IMG/VR virus record: IMGVR_UViG_3300021387_001333 | Coordinates: 1 to 49,779 of that record | From: a virus | Direction: 5' to 3' (one strand) | DNA: 49,779 bases | Part shown: in pieces, positions 38,174-48,645 of the stretch | Layout: each line of letters begins with the position of its first letter | How positions within the stretch are numbered: position 1 is the stretch's first letter | Notes under the pieces: model-generated | Told to the model about the DNA's origin: nothing | Database searches by the model: none | Seen by the model: the letters and a program-made list of their open reading frames with translations, nothing else | Translations under genes and position numbers: made by a program

Positions 38174-41100
38174 ATGTAATTTCCCCGATCATCCTTGATT
38201 CTTCCGGCAGCGTCCTCCGCCGGATCGCCCCTGTGGACGTGTCCCTTGATCTCCAGCTGGAGCCGCTTTCCAGCGCGGAGATCGAGCTGAAACCCGGCGA
38301 TACCATCCCGGAGCGTTCCTGGGTCTCCGTGTACACAGAACATGGCCTCGCCGGAATCTTCCGTTCCCGCCCCCAGCGGGACAGATACGGCGAGCGATCC
38401 TCCCGCGTCTCCCTCGTTCACGGGGCCTGTGAATTAAACGACTACCTGACCACGAAGGGCGGAGATCAGGAACAAGACCCCGCCAACATCGCCATCGCCT
38501 ATATCATGCAGTTTTATTTAGGCACCCACTGGCGGCTCGGAACCGTTTCCGCTACCTCCTCCGTCGTCTACCAGCTCAACGGCTCCGGGGTTTTGGATGC
38601 TATCACCGAGATCATGGAGCAGTTGCCCGGCTATATGCTGGTCTTTGATCAGTCCGTCACCCCGTGGACTTTGAACGTTCTCCCCCGCCCGGAGACCGTT
38701 TCCGCCGAGGGCCGTCTTTCCCGCAACATCTCCTCCGTCGAGATCAGCCGGGATGATTCCTCCCTCTGCACCCGCGTTTACTACGGCGAAAATGATCTCT
38801 TTGTCGAGGATGCGGCAGCGATCCAAAAGTACGGCGTGATCGAGTACCGCATCACAGAATCCGGCCTGGAGACTTCCCAGCTCGCTGCCATCGCGCAAGC
38901 TTATCTGGACAACCACAAGACATCGAAGCTCTCCGTCTCCATCTCCGCCATCGACTTTTATAACGCTACCGGCGAACCCCTCGACCGCATCACCCTTGGT
39001 TCCAAGTACCGCCTCGCCATCCCTGACGCTGAAACTGAAGAAAACCGGGTGATCGAGGCCATCATCTGTTCCATCCATTACGACAGCGTTTTCAGTAACA
39101 ACCCGCAAATCACCCTCGCCTCTGACCCGGATACCATCATCACCTTCCTAAAAAAGCAACGCCGCTCCGGCGGTTCCGCCCGGCAGATCGCAAAGGAGGA
39201 AGCGGATAAGCAGTACCAGCATTGGGTGACGGAGAACGACGTGTACAAGCGCTCGGTTTATAAAATTATGGGTGTGATGTACGACGAAAACGGAAACGTT
39301 ATCTATCAGACCGATCCCGTGACAGGGGAAGTGATCGTCGACGATGCCGGAAATCCCGTCCCTGTCTATAACCCGGAAAGCGACGGCAGCATTGCCGGAC
39401 AAGTCACCGAAAGCGCGACCAGCCTTGAAACCCTGTACACCAAAACCGGGGTCAGAACCCTTCCGTCCGGCGAAACCAGCATCGTCTCATACACAAGCAA
39501 AGTGAAGCAGACTGCCGACAGCATCAAATCAGAAGTCGAAGCCGCCCGGGACGGAAAGACATCCCTCAAAAGTAGGATCGATCAGGAGGCGGATAAAATC
39601 GGCCTTTTCGTTGAATTGAAGAACGGCCAGTATGTCATCAAAAGGGCCGGGATTATCGCCGCCATCAATGAGGATGGAACCAGCACAACAACCATCAGCG
39701 CGGACAAGATTGATCTTGAAGGATATGTGACGGCTGATCAAATCTTCGCTACCGATACCACTATCGGGCAGTATTTAACAGCAAACAACGCGATTTTCCA
39801 AACCAAAGTAAAAACTGCCGCCTTGGAAGCGACAAACGGTGCAATTATTGAAAGTGGCTTGGAAGTCTCCGACGGTAGCACCCTGACAGGCGGTGTAACG
39901 GTTGATAGTTTGACTGTTGGCTATCCTGCTTCCTCCGGTTATAACCTGACAAAAACCATTCTCGGCGGAATGGTAAAGGACATTACGCTCAACTCAACCA
40001 CAAACGTTCTGACCATCACTAAGTTTAACGGCGACATTATAAATTTTAGTAAAGCCGCTTCACCCGGAAACCTGACAGGCTCGTGGAGCGGCGCGGTATA
40101 CACCGTCACGAACGGTTCTCAGAATTGGACGATTGACTTTGATCCTACTGCCGCTTCCGATGCGACGTGGGCTACGGAAATCGGCACGGGAACCGTAAGC
40201 CAAACCAACAGTAAATGGCTTGACTTCCCGCTTTATATCGGTTCCTATAATCAGGGTGGGCAGATGACCCATAACGTGACGATCAGCAAGAGCATCAACG
40301 CAACCGCAGTATATACAGCAGGGCAAGATTCCGTTGTTTCCACATTCAGCACAGCTACATCAATTCCGCCCGGCGTAACTGCAACAGATTTGTTAAAAGG
40401 CACAATCCGCCGCTATCATGTTACAAAAGACGGGACAGATGTAGTGGACAGTTACTTCCGGGTTCCCAACTACAGCGCAACCCTGACCCCGGCCTCCACC
40501 AGCGGAGCAAAAACAACGCTTTCCGATGGCGTGTACGGCCTTTACGTGACGAAGGACGGTACTGCGGAACAAACCCCGATTGCCTATTATGAAGTTCAGT
40601 CATCGTCCGTTATTACTTCCCTCGACATCACGGAAGTCGGTGAAACACCCTATAACGCTTCCACAGCGCCGGAAGTATCTGTAGCACACGGCAGATATTA
40701 CATTGCCTCCGCCGGAAGCGAACAGAAAAAATTCCACATTCCGGCTGGATCTGATGTAGACGTTGTCAAAGGAACGTGGACAAGGCAAAGCAACGGAGAC
40801 TATAAATGCAAGTTCTCCCCTGCTTCCGGCAACGGTGCTTCCAAGTACGCTCAGATCAACATTACACCCTATATCCCACTTTCTGTATCTGACAACATTA
40901 CAAATCAGGGTATCTACTCCGTCCACGACACATACGGCGGAACCGCTGTCGGTGCTGTTTCCTTCTACGTTCAGCAGCATAATAATTACGCATACGTTAC
41001 CACGAACAGCAGTACGCCGAGCGTCACTACAAACGCCCTTGCCCGTGTCCGGCTACAGGGTAGCGACATCGCAGAGCCAAGAAACGTTAAAACAATTTCC

Positions 41101-41988
41101 CCCGTTTCACTGACCAGCGATCAGACAACCACGTCTGATCATACCGTGACCGTGACCTATGACGATAACGATACCAGTTCAGCTACAGTGACCGTGGACG
41201 CTTCCGCTATTACAGGCGTGACACAAAGGATAGCGACAAACCTTGAAAATACAATTGTACTGTCCGCATCCGATACAAGCACGGTTACAAAGCAAAACCT
41301 GATCGTCAACTATGATGATGATTCGAGTACCAACACGTTTACCGCTGTTATCAACGCCTCCGCTGTTTATCAGCAAGGCAGAACGGACGGGGCTGGGCAA
41401 GTTGTAACAGGCCATATCACAACCCTTGGAACGCGAGTAGTAGACGGCTCCACACAATCCTATGATCCGAACACACACAAATATACAATTCATGCTTATG
41501 CTTCAGGAACAAACATCGATAACGAACCATACTATCAGGATATTATACTTCCTGCAACCAGAGCATATAATCAAGGCGCACAGGAATCAGTAACAGGGTT
41601 CAGCTACCAAGGCACAGCAATCGGAAATGTTCAAGACAACCACGAAGACGGAACTATAACAGTCTCCGCATTGAACGGGTCTACAACGCTGAGAAGTGAT
41701 ACGCTGGGTGTATATCTGGTTCAGGGGTCTTGGAACTCATCCAACAGAAAAGCCGTCAACATAAGAATGAGCGACGGATCAAACACACTAATTGCAAGAA
41801 CGTGGGTTGATGCACCATCCGTCAGCCATAATATCACAGCAGGATCGCCCGTAGCCCGTGTAGGTTCTACTGGTAGCCGTGTGTATATGGGAAGTATAAC
41901 TTTGTCACACCTTTCAACAAATTCATGGATTTCTGTACCGATTTCATGCGGTGGAGAAAGCAAAACATTTTATATCGATATCAATTAA
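38164..41988 (+). CDS. Tail-associated protein (Tal / prophage-tail N-terminal domain) with a long S/T-rich C-terminal extension
   Basis: 1274 aa. The N-terminal ~330 aa resemble the siphovirus Tal/minor structural N-terminal domain (recollection). GTG 38164 or TTG 38170 is the start. Confidence 0.8.
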   Translation: MELNVISPIILDSSGSVLRRIAPVDVSLDLQLEPLSSAEIELKPGDTIPERSWVSVYTEHGLAGIFRSRPQRDRYGERSSRVSLVHGACELNDYLTTKGGDQEQDPANIAIAYIMQFYLGTHWRLGTVSATSSVVYQLNGSGVLDAITEIMEQLPGYMLVFDQSVTPWTLNVLPRPETVSAEGRLSRNISSVEISRDDSSLCTRVYYGENDLFVEDAAAIQKYGVIEYRITESGLETSQLAAIAQAYLDNHKTSKLSVSISAIDFYNATGEPLDRITLGSKYRLAIPDAETEENRVIEAIICSIHYDSVFSNNPQITLASDPDTIITFLKKQRRSGGSARQIAKEEADKQYQHWVTENDVYKRSVYKIMGVMYDENGNVIYQTDPVTGEVIVDDAGNPVPVYNPESDGSIAGQVTESATSLETLYTKTGVRTLPSGETSIVSYTSKVKQTADSIKSEVEAARDGKTSLKSRIDQEADKIGLFVELKNGQYVIKRAGIIAAINEDGTSTTTISADKIDLEGYVTADQIFATDTTIGQYLTANNAIFQTKVKTAALEATNGAIIESGLEVSDGSTLTGGVTVDSLTVGYPASSGYNLTKTILGGMVKDITLNSTTNVLTITKFNGDIINFSKAASPGNLTGSWSGAVYTVTNGSQNWTIDFDPTAASDATWATEIGTGTVSQTNSKWLDFPLYIGSYNQGGQMTHNVTISKSINATAVYTAGQDSVVSTFSTATSIPPGVTATDLLKGTIRRYHVTKDGTDVVDSYFRVPNYSATLTPASTSGAKTTLSDGVYGLYVTKDGTAEQTPIAYYEVQSSSVITSLDITEVGETPYNASTAPEVSVAHGRYYIASAGSEQKKFHIPAGSDVDVVKGTWTRQSNGDYKCKFSPASGNGASKYAQINITPYIPLSVSDNITNQGIYSVHDTYGGTAVGAVSFYVQQHNNYAYVTTNSSTPSVTTNALARVRLQGSDIAEPRNVKTISPVSLTSDQTTTSDHTVTVTYDDNDTSSATVTVDASAITGVTQRIATNLENTIVLSASDTSTVTKQNLIVNYDDDSSTNTFTAVINASAVYQQGRTDGAGQVVTGHITTLGTRVVDGSTQSYDPNTHKYTIHAYASGTNIDNEPYYQDIILPATRAYNQGAQESVTGFSYQGTAIGNVQDNHEDGTITVSALNGSTTLRSDTLGVYLVQGSWNSSNRKAVNIRMSDGSNTLIARTWVDAPSVSHNITAGSPVARVGSTGSRVYMGSITLSHLSTNSWISVPISCGGESKTFYIDIN

Positions 41989-42001
41989 CAAGGAGGCTAC
42001 T

Positions 42002-42199
42002 ATGAACACTGAACTTCACGTCACCGACCGCATCGACAATGTCCTGAACATCCTGAACGCCATGAAGCTTTCCGGCTTCGACCAGTGGAACCCGGTCTGC
42101 GAGGCCATGAAACAGCTCGCGGCTTTGTCTCAGGATGTACAGAAGTACGAAAAAGACCACGAAAAGGATCAGGAACAGCCCGAAGAAGCGGAAGCGTAA
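42002..42199 (+). CDS. Small acidic protein
   Basis: ATG 42002 follows AAGGAGG, in the frame of ORF 41951..42199. Confidence 0.5.
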   Translation: MNTELHVTDRIDNVLNILNAMKLSGFDQWNPVCEAMKQLAALSQDVQKYEKDHEKDQEQPEEAEA

Positions 42200-42227
42200 C
42201 CCTTCCGCCAGAAAGGAAGTGAGATGA

Positions 42228-42911
42228 TTGGCAGACGTTTACTGCATCGTCCGAAGGACGGTGAAGATCACCGAAGAAGCGCCGGTCGTGACGCTCAAAC
42301 GTCCGCTTGCCTACGACAACGCCTACGCCCACGCCGTAGAGGTCACCCTGATCAACGATGACGATACACCGGCTGACCTGACCGGAGCTGGTGTAGTCGC
42401 TACCATGCTCAGAGCGGACGGCAGAGGTGTTTCCCCCATCAGCGGCACGATCACCGGGAACATCGCACAGGTCATCTTTCCCCCGGCCTGTTACGTTGTC
42501 CCAGGCAGGATCAAGCTGACCGTCAACCTTGCCAAGCCCACTTCCCCCGCCGGAGTGGATGCATTCAGCACAAGCACCGCTTATTCCAAGGGCGATCTCG
42601 TTGTCGTAAACGGTGTCGTGTACCGCTTCACGGACGATCACCCGCAGGGAGAATGGACAGGCACAGACGCAACCCCGGATTCGACCGTCAGGACGATCCT
42701 CTGGGTGGAAGGACGGGCGGAGCGGAACACCAGCGATGTAATAGTCGATCCCGGCTCTTCCTATGGAATCACTGCCGCCATCGGGGAAGCGAACGCCGCC
42801 GCCGCTTCTGCGACACAGGCGGCAACCAGAGCCAATGCAGCCGCAGAAAGAGCGGAGCAATATGGGGATTTCATAGAGGAAGACACAGACGGAATTGTCT
42901 TTATCACCTGA
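42228..42911 (+). CDS. Baseplate upper protein-like (BppU N-terminal-like)
   Basis: TTG start. The pattern ...AHAVEVTLINDDDTPADLTGAGVVATMLRADG...GNIAQVIFP recalls BppU_N. Confidence 0.55.
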   Translation: MADVYCIVRRTVKITEEAPVVTLKRPLAYDNAYAHAVEVTLINDDDTPADLTGAGVVATMLRADGRGVSPISGTITGNIAQVIFPPACYVVPGRIKLTVNLAKPTSPAGVDAFSTSTAYSKGDLVVVNGVVYRFTDDHPQGEWTGTDATPDSTVRTILWVEGRAERNTSDVIVDPGSSYGITAAIGEANAAAASATQAATRANAAAERAEQYGDFIEEDTDGIVFIT

Positions 42912-42926
42912 AAGGAGGCGTAAAAA

Positions 42927-43277
42927 TTGGAAATCAGTTTACCTCGCGGCGATATCCGACCTGTTCGGTTTATTATCCGTAGCCCTGACGGCGGTGAACA
43001 CAACACGGTCAGTGATTTCGACGAAATCTATTTCACTGTCAAACAAAATTTTCGCATGAAGACCTTTTTGTTTCAAAAGCGACTGACCACAAACGAAATC
43101 GTCTTGCAGGAAGACGGAAGCTTCCAATTTACAATCCAGCCTCAAGATACAGATAATTTGATGTTCGGCACGTATTGTTTCGATATTGAGGTCGTAAAGG
43201 AAGGAGAAATCAAGCAGACATTTGTCGGCAATCTGATTCTGACTGAAGAAGCGACCTATTCCGAAAACGAGGGATAA
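42927..43277 (+). CDS. Baseplate/fibre-associated protein
   Basis: TTG start after AAAGGAGG. Called from position. Confidence 0.5.
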   Translation: MEISLPRGDIRPVRFIIRSPDGGEHNTVSDFDEIYFTVKQNFRMKTFLFQKRLTTNEIVLQEDGSFQFTIQPQDTDNLMFGTYCFDIEVVKEGEIKQTFVGNLILTEEATYSENEG

Positions 43278-43285
43278 TGTAGCGT

Positions 43286-43765
43286 ATGAAAAACTTATCC
43301 TTAGAACTGAAAGCGGCATCAAACCTTGACTGCAAGTTGAATCCGAGCACTACTTTGGAACTGACATCGGCGACACCAATTATGGCTGGCACTTCCAACT
43401 ACGAACGCCTGAAAAACCTCCCCCAGATCAACGGTGTTACGCTGATTGGAAACAAGACCCCGGCAGACCTGCACATTGTCAGTGAAAATACATCGGCTGG
43501 GTGGGACGAGGACAGGCTGTACATTCCAAAGGCCGGAGAAATTTGTATGTTTTCCGACACCGGAAAGATCAAAATCGGGGACGGAGTTGTGCCAGTTGTC
43601 GATCTCCCGTACATCGCTCAGTCGGATTATGATGCCGTGATGGACGAATTGCACGAGCACACACAGAACCATCAGATACATGTTTCCCCGGAAGACCGGG
43701 AACGCTGGAACAATAAATTAAACTATGAAATCGTTGACGGTGAGTTGATTTTCAACCGTCTATGA
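43286..43765 (+). CDS. Tail fibre protein (Mtd_N/HylP-like motif)
   Basis: NYERLKNLPQINGVTLIGN and ...GEICMFSDTGKIKIGDGVVPVVDLPY patterns. Confidence 0.6.
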   Translation: MKNLSLELKAASNLDCKLNPSTTLELTSATPIMAGTSNYERLKNLPQINGVTLIGNKTPADLHIVSENTSAGWDEDRLYIPKAGEICMFSDTGKIKIGDGVVPVVDLPYIAQSDYDAVMDELHEHTQNHQIHVSPEDRERWNNKLNYEIVDGELIFNRL

Positions 43766-43780
43766 AAGGAGTAAACAACT

Positions 43781-44734
43781 ATGCCAGATATCAGCAAAAT
43801 TACTCTTCCCTCTGGTGTAACTTACAACATAAAAGACGAAGTTGCACGTCAGACCGCCGCCGGTGGTATTCAGCTCAAAGGCGTGACTACGACCGCCCTG
43901 ACGGATGAAGCCACGACCAACCCCATCAAAATCGGCGGGAGCGATTATACAGCCGTCAATCAGGATGCTGTATTCTACGGCAAGAAGGAGTTCATCTTTG
44001 ACGGCACAAAGTGGCACGAGTTTGGTGACATGTCCGGCCTTGGTGCTTTAGCGACCAAGGATACGGCCTCGGCGTCCTATAAGCCTGCCGGTACGGTTAG
44101 TCAGCCGACCTTCACTGGCAACAACATGACCAGTACCGGAAGCTTCACCCCGGAAGGCACAGTCTCCAAGCCAACATTCAGCGGAACGGAAGGAAACCTG
44201 TCCGTCAGCGGTACTCCTGCCGGAACTATCAGCAAAGGAACTGGAACCGCTAACTATACACCGGAAGGCTCCGTTTCCACGCCTACCATCACCGTCACCC
44301 CGAATACCGTCAGCAAGTATGTGGCGGGAAGTGCTACCGGCGGCGGTGCGGTGACTGCCGGAACAGCGGCATCCTGCACTTTACCTGTGATGACTACATC
44401 CGTTGCCAATGAGGTGCTGACCATCGGCTGGACTGCCGGGTCGTTTACGGCAAACACCCCGACCGCTGTGACCATGCCAACTTTCGCCGCACAGACCATT
44501 GCTACGGGCATTAAGAGCGCCACTTCTACCCAGCCATCGTTCACCGGTACGGGGGCGGAACTGAAGTTCACTGGTTCTGCCATGACCAGCACTGGCAAGT
44601 TTACTCCGGCCGGGAGCGTCAGCCAGCCCACGTTCACTGGTGAAAGTGGAAGCGTGTCCGTCACCGGGAAACCCACTGGAACTGTCAGTAAGCCGACCTT
44701 TGACGGCACTCAGGCGACCATTACTGTCTCCTGA
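43781..44734 (+). CDS. Tail fibre protein with PxGTVSxPTFxG repeats
   Basis: The N-terminus MPDISKITLPSGVTYNIKD is shared with the next gene. It contains at least 6 in-frame repeats. Confidence 0.7.
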   Translation: MPDISKITLPSGVTYNIKDEVARQTAAGGIQLKGVTTTALTDEATTNPIKIGGSDYTAVNQDAVFYGKKEFIFDGTKWHEFGDMSGLGALATKDTASASYKPAGTVSQPTFTGNNMTSTGSFTPEGTVSKPTFSGTEGNLSVSGTPAGTISKGTGTANYTPEGSVSTPTITVTPNTVSKYVAGSATGGGAVTAGTAASCTLPVMTTSVANEVLTIGWTAGSFTANTPTAVTMPTFAAQTIATGIKSATSTQPSFTGTGAELKFTGSAMTSTGKFTPAGSVSQPTFTGESGSVSVTGKPTGTVSKPTFDGTQATITVS

Positions 44735-44770
44735 TAAATTGAGCATAATGCTCAAAGAAAGGAGACTGCG

Positions 44771-45976
44771 ATGGCTGATATTTCAAAAATAAAACTGCCG
44801 AATGGAACGGAATATAATATTAAAGACAGCACAGCATTACATACTCCGTTAGTAATCATGTCAACAAATCCGTTTACAGAAAGTACAGAGCATGGCGCGT
44901 CTGGATTATACATTCCAAAGATTGACAATGCTTTATATTGTGCGGATAAACGTTTTAACGTAACCGTTTCTGGAGATTATATAAATTTCGATGGAAATCA
45001 TTATTTGTTCGACGGAGATTATGATAATGGTGGAACAGTATTTCGAGTAGGAAACGATAAAACCGTTGTCATTACAATTGACTTCTCAGAATTGCCATCA
45101 CAAAAATTTCCGGGCTATCCATACGGTTACATTTATGTCTCTTTCTATTATATCTGTAGACCAAAGTCTATAACAGGAAGAGTATACAACAATTTTACAC
45201 AGCAAGGCATTGGCTGGAAAGAAATAAGTTTTAACAGATGCTTCGGAAGCGTGTATCGGGCCATAAATAATTACTATGGATTGCAGACGATCGAAATAAC
45301 AGTTACTGGTGATGGGTCAAATAGCTATGGTTACACATCAATCGTAGAAATTGATATGCACCTGAACAGACCAAATTCATCTGGTATGCCTTTTTTGAGC
45401 AAATACAATGCGGAAACGTTATATTATGATCTGACTGCACCAAAGTTCATAGGCTCCGGTGAATCGCTCACAAATCTAAATGGTTCCAGCATCACCTCAG
45501 GAACGGTTGCCGAGTCTCGAATCGCCACTTTGCCAGCGACTAAAATTACATCCGGAACTTTTGATGCCGCCAGAATTCCAAACCTTGATGCCGGAAAAAT
45601 AACGTCTGGAACACTAAGTGCTGATCGCATCCCGTCATTAAACGCCTCCAAGATTACCGATGGAACCCTGTCCGCAGATCGTCTGCCCACATCCGGTGTA
45701 ACTGCCGGTTCCTATGGCCCAAACGGGAACCAGTCTCCTACACAGGGTGGAACCTTCAGTGTACCAAGCATCACAGCGGATGCAAAGGGCCGGGTGACAA
45801 GCGCGTCAACCAAAACTGTTACGCTTCCGACCTACTCTACCGCTACGTCCTCTGCGAATGGCCTGATGAGCGCCACGGACAAAAGTAAACTGGACAGTAT
45901 GACAACAGTTCCTATAGCAAGCGGTCTGAATATGACTGAGGGAACGGACGGACTAATATTCACTTACGTCAGTTAA
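44771..45976 (+). CDS. Second tail fibre protein (paralogous N-terminus, KITSGT repeats)
   Basis: MADISKIKLPNGTEYNIKD at the N-terminus, and a repeated (K)ITSGT(L/F/V)xxxRIP unit. Visibly AT-richer than upstream genes. Confidence 0.7.
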   Translation: MADISKIKLPNGTEYNIKDSTALHTPLVIMSTNPFTESTEHGASGLYIPKIDNALYCADKRFNVTVSGDYINFDGNHYLFDGDYDNGGTVFRVGNDKTVVITIDFSELPSQKFPGYPYGYIYVSFYYICRPKSITGRVYNNFTQQGIGWKEISFNRCFGSVYRAINNYYGLQTIEITVTGDGSNSYGYTSIVEIDMHLNRPNSSGMPFLSKYNAETLYYDLTAPKFIGSGESLTNLNGSSITSGTVAESRIATLPATKITSGTFDAARIPNLDAGKITSGTLSADRIPSLNASKITDGTLSADRLPTSGVTAGSYGPNGNQSPTQGGTFSVPSITADAKGRVTSASTKTVTLPTYSTATSSANGLMSATDKSKLDSMTTVPIASGLNMTEGTDGLIFTYVS

Positions 45977-45991
45977 AAAGGAGATGAATAT

Positions 45992-47467
45992 ATGGCAATC
46001 GTAACGAGCAACGAATATGATCACATTGACGTTGTGAACGGATCGAATACAAACCGGCATTATATTAAGGATATGACAGCAAGAAATAGTATAGAAGATT
46101 TAAAGGGCGCTTTGGTAAATGCAACACAATACACAGCCAATTATATTGATGGGTATTATGTTGCCCGTGACGGTTCACTTGTCGCTGACCCAGATTGCTG
46201 TGTATCTGAGATGATACCGATTGCGGCTATGTCTCCGAGATCATGCGCGTTTTACTTTGGTGAAAGCAACGGAACAAAAATGAACATCGTCATTTATGGT
46301 GAGGATGGAGCTTTTTTGGACTATTGGGGCGGGACAAGCGGAGCATCAAGAAGTATCTCCAATATACCTACTACTGCCAAATATGCCAGAATGAGTTTTA
46401 AACGTGGTTATAAAGGAAAACTTACATCAAGCAATGGGTTTGTTTACTGGGAAGCAAAAGAATTTAATACTCTTTCAACAGCCACAGTAGGATATGCAAC
46501 GAAGAACCGGAACAATACTAATAACGGCGCTATGGGTTCTACTTCGGTAGTGTTGGAACAAAATTCAATCAAGAATCCGTCCATTGTGTTTTATGGCAAA
46601 ATCGGAACATTCGATAGCCTGAAAATCGGTGTTGGTGCTGATGCTACATATACTGAATACCTCGAAATCGATAGCAATAACATAACGCTCCACGTTGGCA
46701 CATCAGCAGGGAGTTCAATTCCGCACGGGCTGACGATTTCTGAGTATTTATCTGTAATTATCAATATAAAACCGAATTGCGATTATACGATTATACTGAA
46801 TACGTTGGGTGGCATATATACACGGGATATGGTTTATCCGAATCCTTGGATAGGGAATAAAGGTTCAATTTTTGCACAGGCCGGAAGCAAAGACACTTTC
46901 ACAACGTACAGATTCACATATAGCGCCGATTTCAATAAAACCAAATGGTTGTTCGGTGACAGTTACATCACTAATTATTCTGATGCGCGATGGCCGTATT
47001 ACGTTCGCGTGTGGGGGTACGACAACACCCTTCTTAATGGGTATCCAGGCGAAAATTCAAATGATGCGTTTCAAGATTTCCTTGCGTTGATACAACACGG
47101 CTCACCCAAATATGTTGTGTGGTGCGTTGGAATGAACGACCCCGATTCAAGCACAATAAATGCGGATTGGTTGAGGTGTGTTCAGAATGTTATTTCTATC
47201 TGTCAGCGCAGAGGAATTGAGCCGATTCTTTCAACGATTCCGAATGTGCCGAACATCCTGCACACATATAAAAATGCATGGATAAAAAACGATAGTGGAT
47301 GCCGTTATATTGATTTTGCCGAAGCTGTCGGGGCTGAAAGCGCAAATTCCACATGGTACACAGGATGCCTTGAAGAGGGGACTTCCCGAATTCATCCAAC
47401 TGTAGACGGTGCAAGGCTATTGGCTGTAAGGGCATTAACAGATTTTCCTGAATTTATGCAGAAATAA
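45992..47467 (+). CDS. Tail-associated SGNH/GDSL hydrolase (putative polysaccharide esterase)
   Basis: The C-terminal domain has LFGDSYI (block I), GMND (block III) and RIHPT (block V). AT-rich. Confidence 0.7.
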   Translation: MAIVTSNEYDHIDVVNGSNTNRHYIKDMTARNSIEDLKGALVNATQYTANYIDGYYVARDGSLVADPDCCVSEMIPIAAMSPRSCAFYFGESNGTKMNIVIYGEDGAFLDYWGGTSGASRSISNIPTTAKYARMSFKRGYKGKLTSSNGFVYWEAKEFNTLSTATVGYATKNRNNTNNGAMGSTSVVLEQNSIKNPSIVFYGKIGTFDSLKIGVGADATYTEYLEIDSNNITLHVGTSAGSSIPHGLTISEYLSVIINIKPNCDYTIILNTLGGIYTRDMVYPNPWIGNKGSIFAQAGSKDTFTTYRFTYSADFNKTKWLFGDSYITNYSDARWPYYVRVWGYDNTLLNGYPGENSNDAFQDFLALIQHGSPKYVVWCVGMNDPDSSTINADWLRCVQNVISICQRRGIEPILSTIPNVPNILHTYKNAWIKNDSGCRYIDFAEAVGAESANSTWYTGCLEEGTSRIHPTVDGARLLAVRALTDFPEFMQK

Positions 47468-47513
47468 AGGATAATTTAAATAACACAATAAATCAATATG
47501 AGGAGGTGGTCTG

Positions 47514-48230
47514 ATGTACATATCTGTCCGCATCACACGGGACGAAAACGCCGAGTATTTCGGTGTGGAAGTCGGGGACGTGGTGAAAGTCCCCTTTGAG
47601 CAGTACGTTGCCGGGGTGGTCGCTTCCGAGGTCGGTAACAGCGCATTGGAAGTCTGCAAGGCGCAGGCAATCGCCAGTAGGACTTTTGCCGTCAGCAAGG
47701 GCGTACTGGACGGGAAAACGATCAGTGACGCTTCCTCTACCGATCAGGCGTATCGGGCAAGCCGGATTCCTTCCGGCCTCTACCCGAACGCTGAGAACGG
47801 CACGAAGCAGACCACCGGACAGATTCTTACTTATAACGGAAAGCCAATCAATGCCGTTTATTACGCCAGCAACGGCGGAAGAACGGTCAGCAGTCAGGAA
47901 CGCTGGGGCGGTGTCAGACCGTATCTCATCGCACAGGATGACCCGTGGGACGACAGTACTAAGCGAACAGGACACGGCGTGGGGATGTCTCAGCGTGGGG
48001 CGAAGGCAATGGCAAAGGCTGGGAAAACGTATAAGGAGATACTGGCGTTTTACTATCCGGGAACGAAAATCGAAACCATCAAACAAGAAGATGAAAACGC
48101 TGGCATTCATCCTAAAACAAACGGATTGACCATAGAAGATGTTATCAAAGAACTGGTTTGTCCGCTTTTAGGCACATGTTCAAAACTTGTTTCTGTTATT
48201 GACAAACTTCTCAAAATGGAAGGAAGGTGA
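47514..48230 (+). CDS. SpoIID/LytB-domain peptidoglycan hydrolase
   Basis: ALEVCKAQAIASRTFA, AVYYASNGGRT and GHGVGMSQRGAKAMA are SpoIID-family signatures. Confidence 0.85.
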   Translation: MYISVRITRDENAEYFGVEVGDVVKVPFEQYVAGVVASEVGNSALEVCKAQAIASRTFAVSKGVLDGKTISDASSTDQAYRASRIPSGLYPNAENGTKQTTGQILTYNGKPINAVYYASNGGRTVSSQERWGGVRPYLIAQDDPWDDSTKRTGHGVGMSQRGAKAMAKAGKTYKEILAFYYPGTKIETIKQEDENAGIHPKTNGLTIEDVIKELVCPLLGTCSKLVSVIDKLLKMEGR

Positions 48231-48234
48231 TTGA

Positions 48235-48645
48235 TTGCACAGGTCGGATTACGACAGGCTTTACAGAATATGGAAAGCCATGAGGTCACGGTGCAATAAC
48301 CCAAACACCAGCGAGTATCACAGGTACGGTGGAAGGGGAATAAAAGTCTGCCATGAATGGGACGGCTACTTTTCCTTCCGAGATTGGGCTTATCAAAATG
48401 GATATAACGATACGTTGACGATTGATAGAATTGACAACAATGGGAACTACTGCCCGGAAAACTGTAAATGGTCAACGATTGTAGAACAACAGCAGAACAG
48501 ATGCACGAGCCACATGATTACATATAATGGGAAAACGCAGAATTTGACGCTTTGGGCAAAAGAGTGCGGTGTAGCAAGAAAAACCATAAGAGAAAGGCTA
48601 AAAAAAGGATGGCCTGTGGAACAGGCATTAAAGGGGGTGATATAA
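48235..48645 (+). CDS. HNH-like homing-endonuclease-type protein with a C-terminal HTH
   Basis: RLYRIWKAMRSRCNNPN...YGGRGIKVC and IDRIDNNGNYCPENCKW (HNH-like N-N core). TTG start. It is inserted between the two lysin genes with no spacer. Confidence 0.6.
   Translation: MHRSDYDRLYRIWKAMRSRCNNPNTSEYHRYGGRGIKVCHEWDGYFSFRDWAYQNGYNDTLTIDRIDNNGNYCPENCKWSTIVEQQQNRCTSHMITYNGKTQNLTLWAKECGVARKTIRERLKKGWPVEQALKGVI

Noticed and set aside
43781-44734. A CRISPR-like or tandem repeat array
   Set aside because: The repeats are in-frame, degenerate coding repeats (PxGTVSxPTFxG) of a fibre protein. No window region has the repeat-spacer regularity of a CRISPR array.
38164-47467. A diversity-generating retroelement targeting the fibre genes
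   Set aside because: There is no reverse-transcriptase-like ORF anywhere in the window. I saw no template/variable repeat pair differing at adenines.
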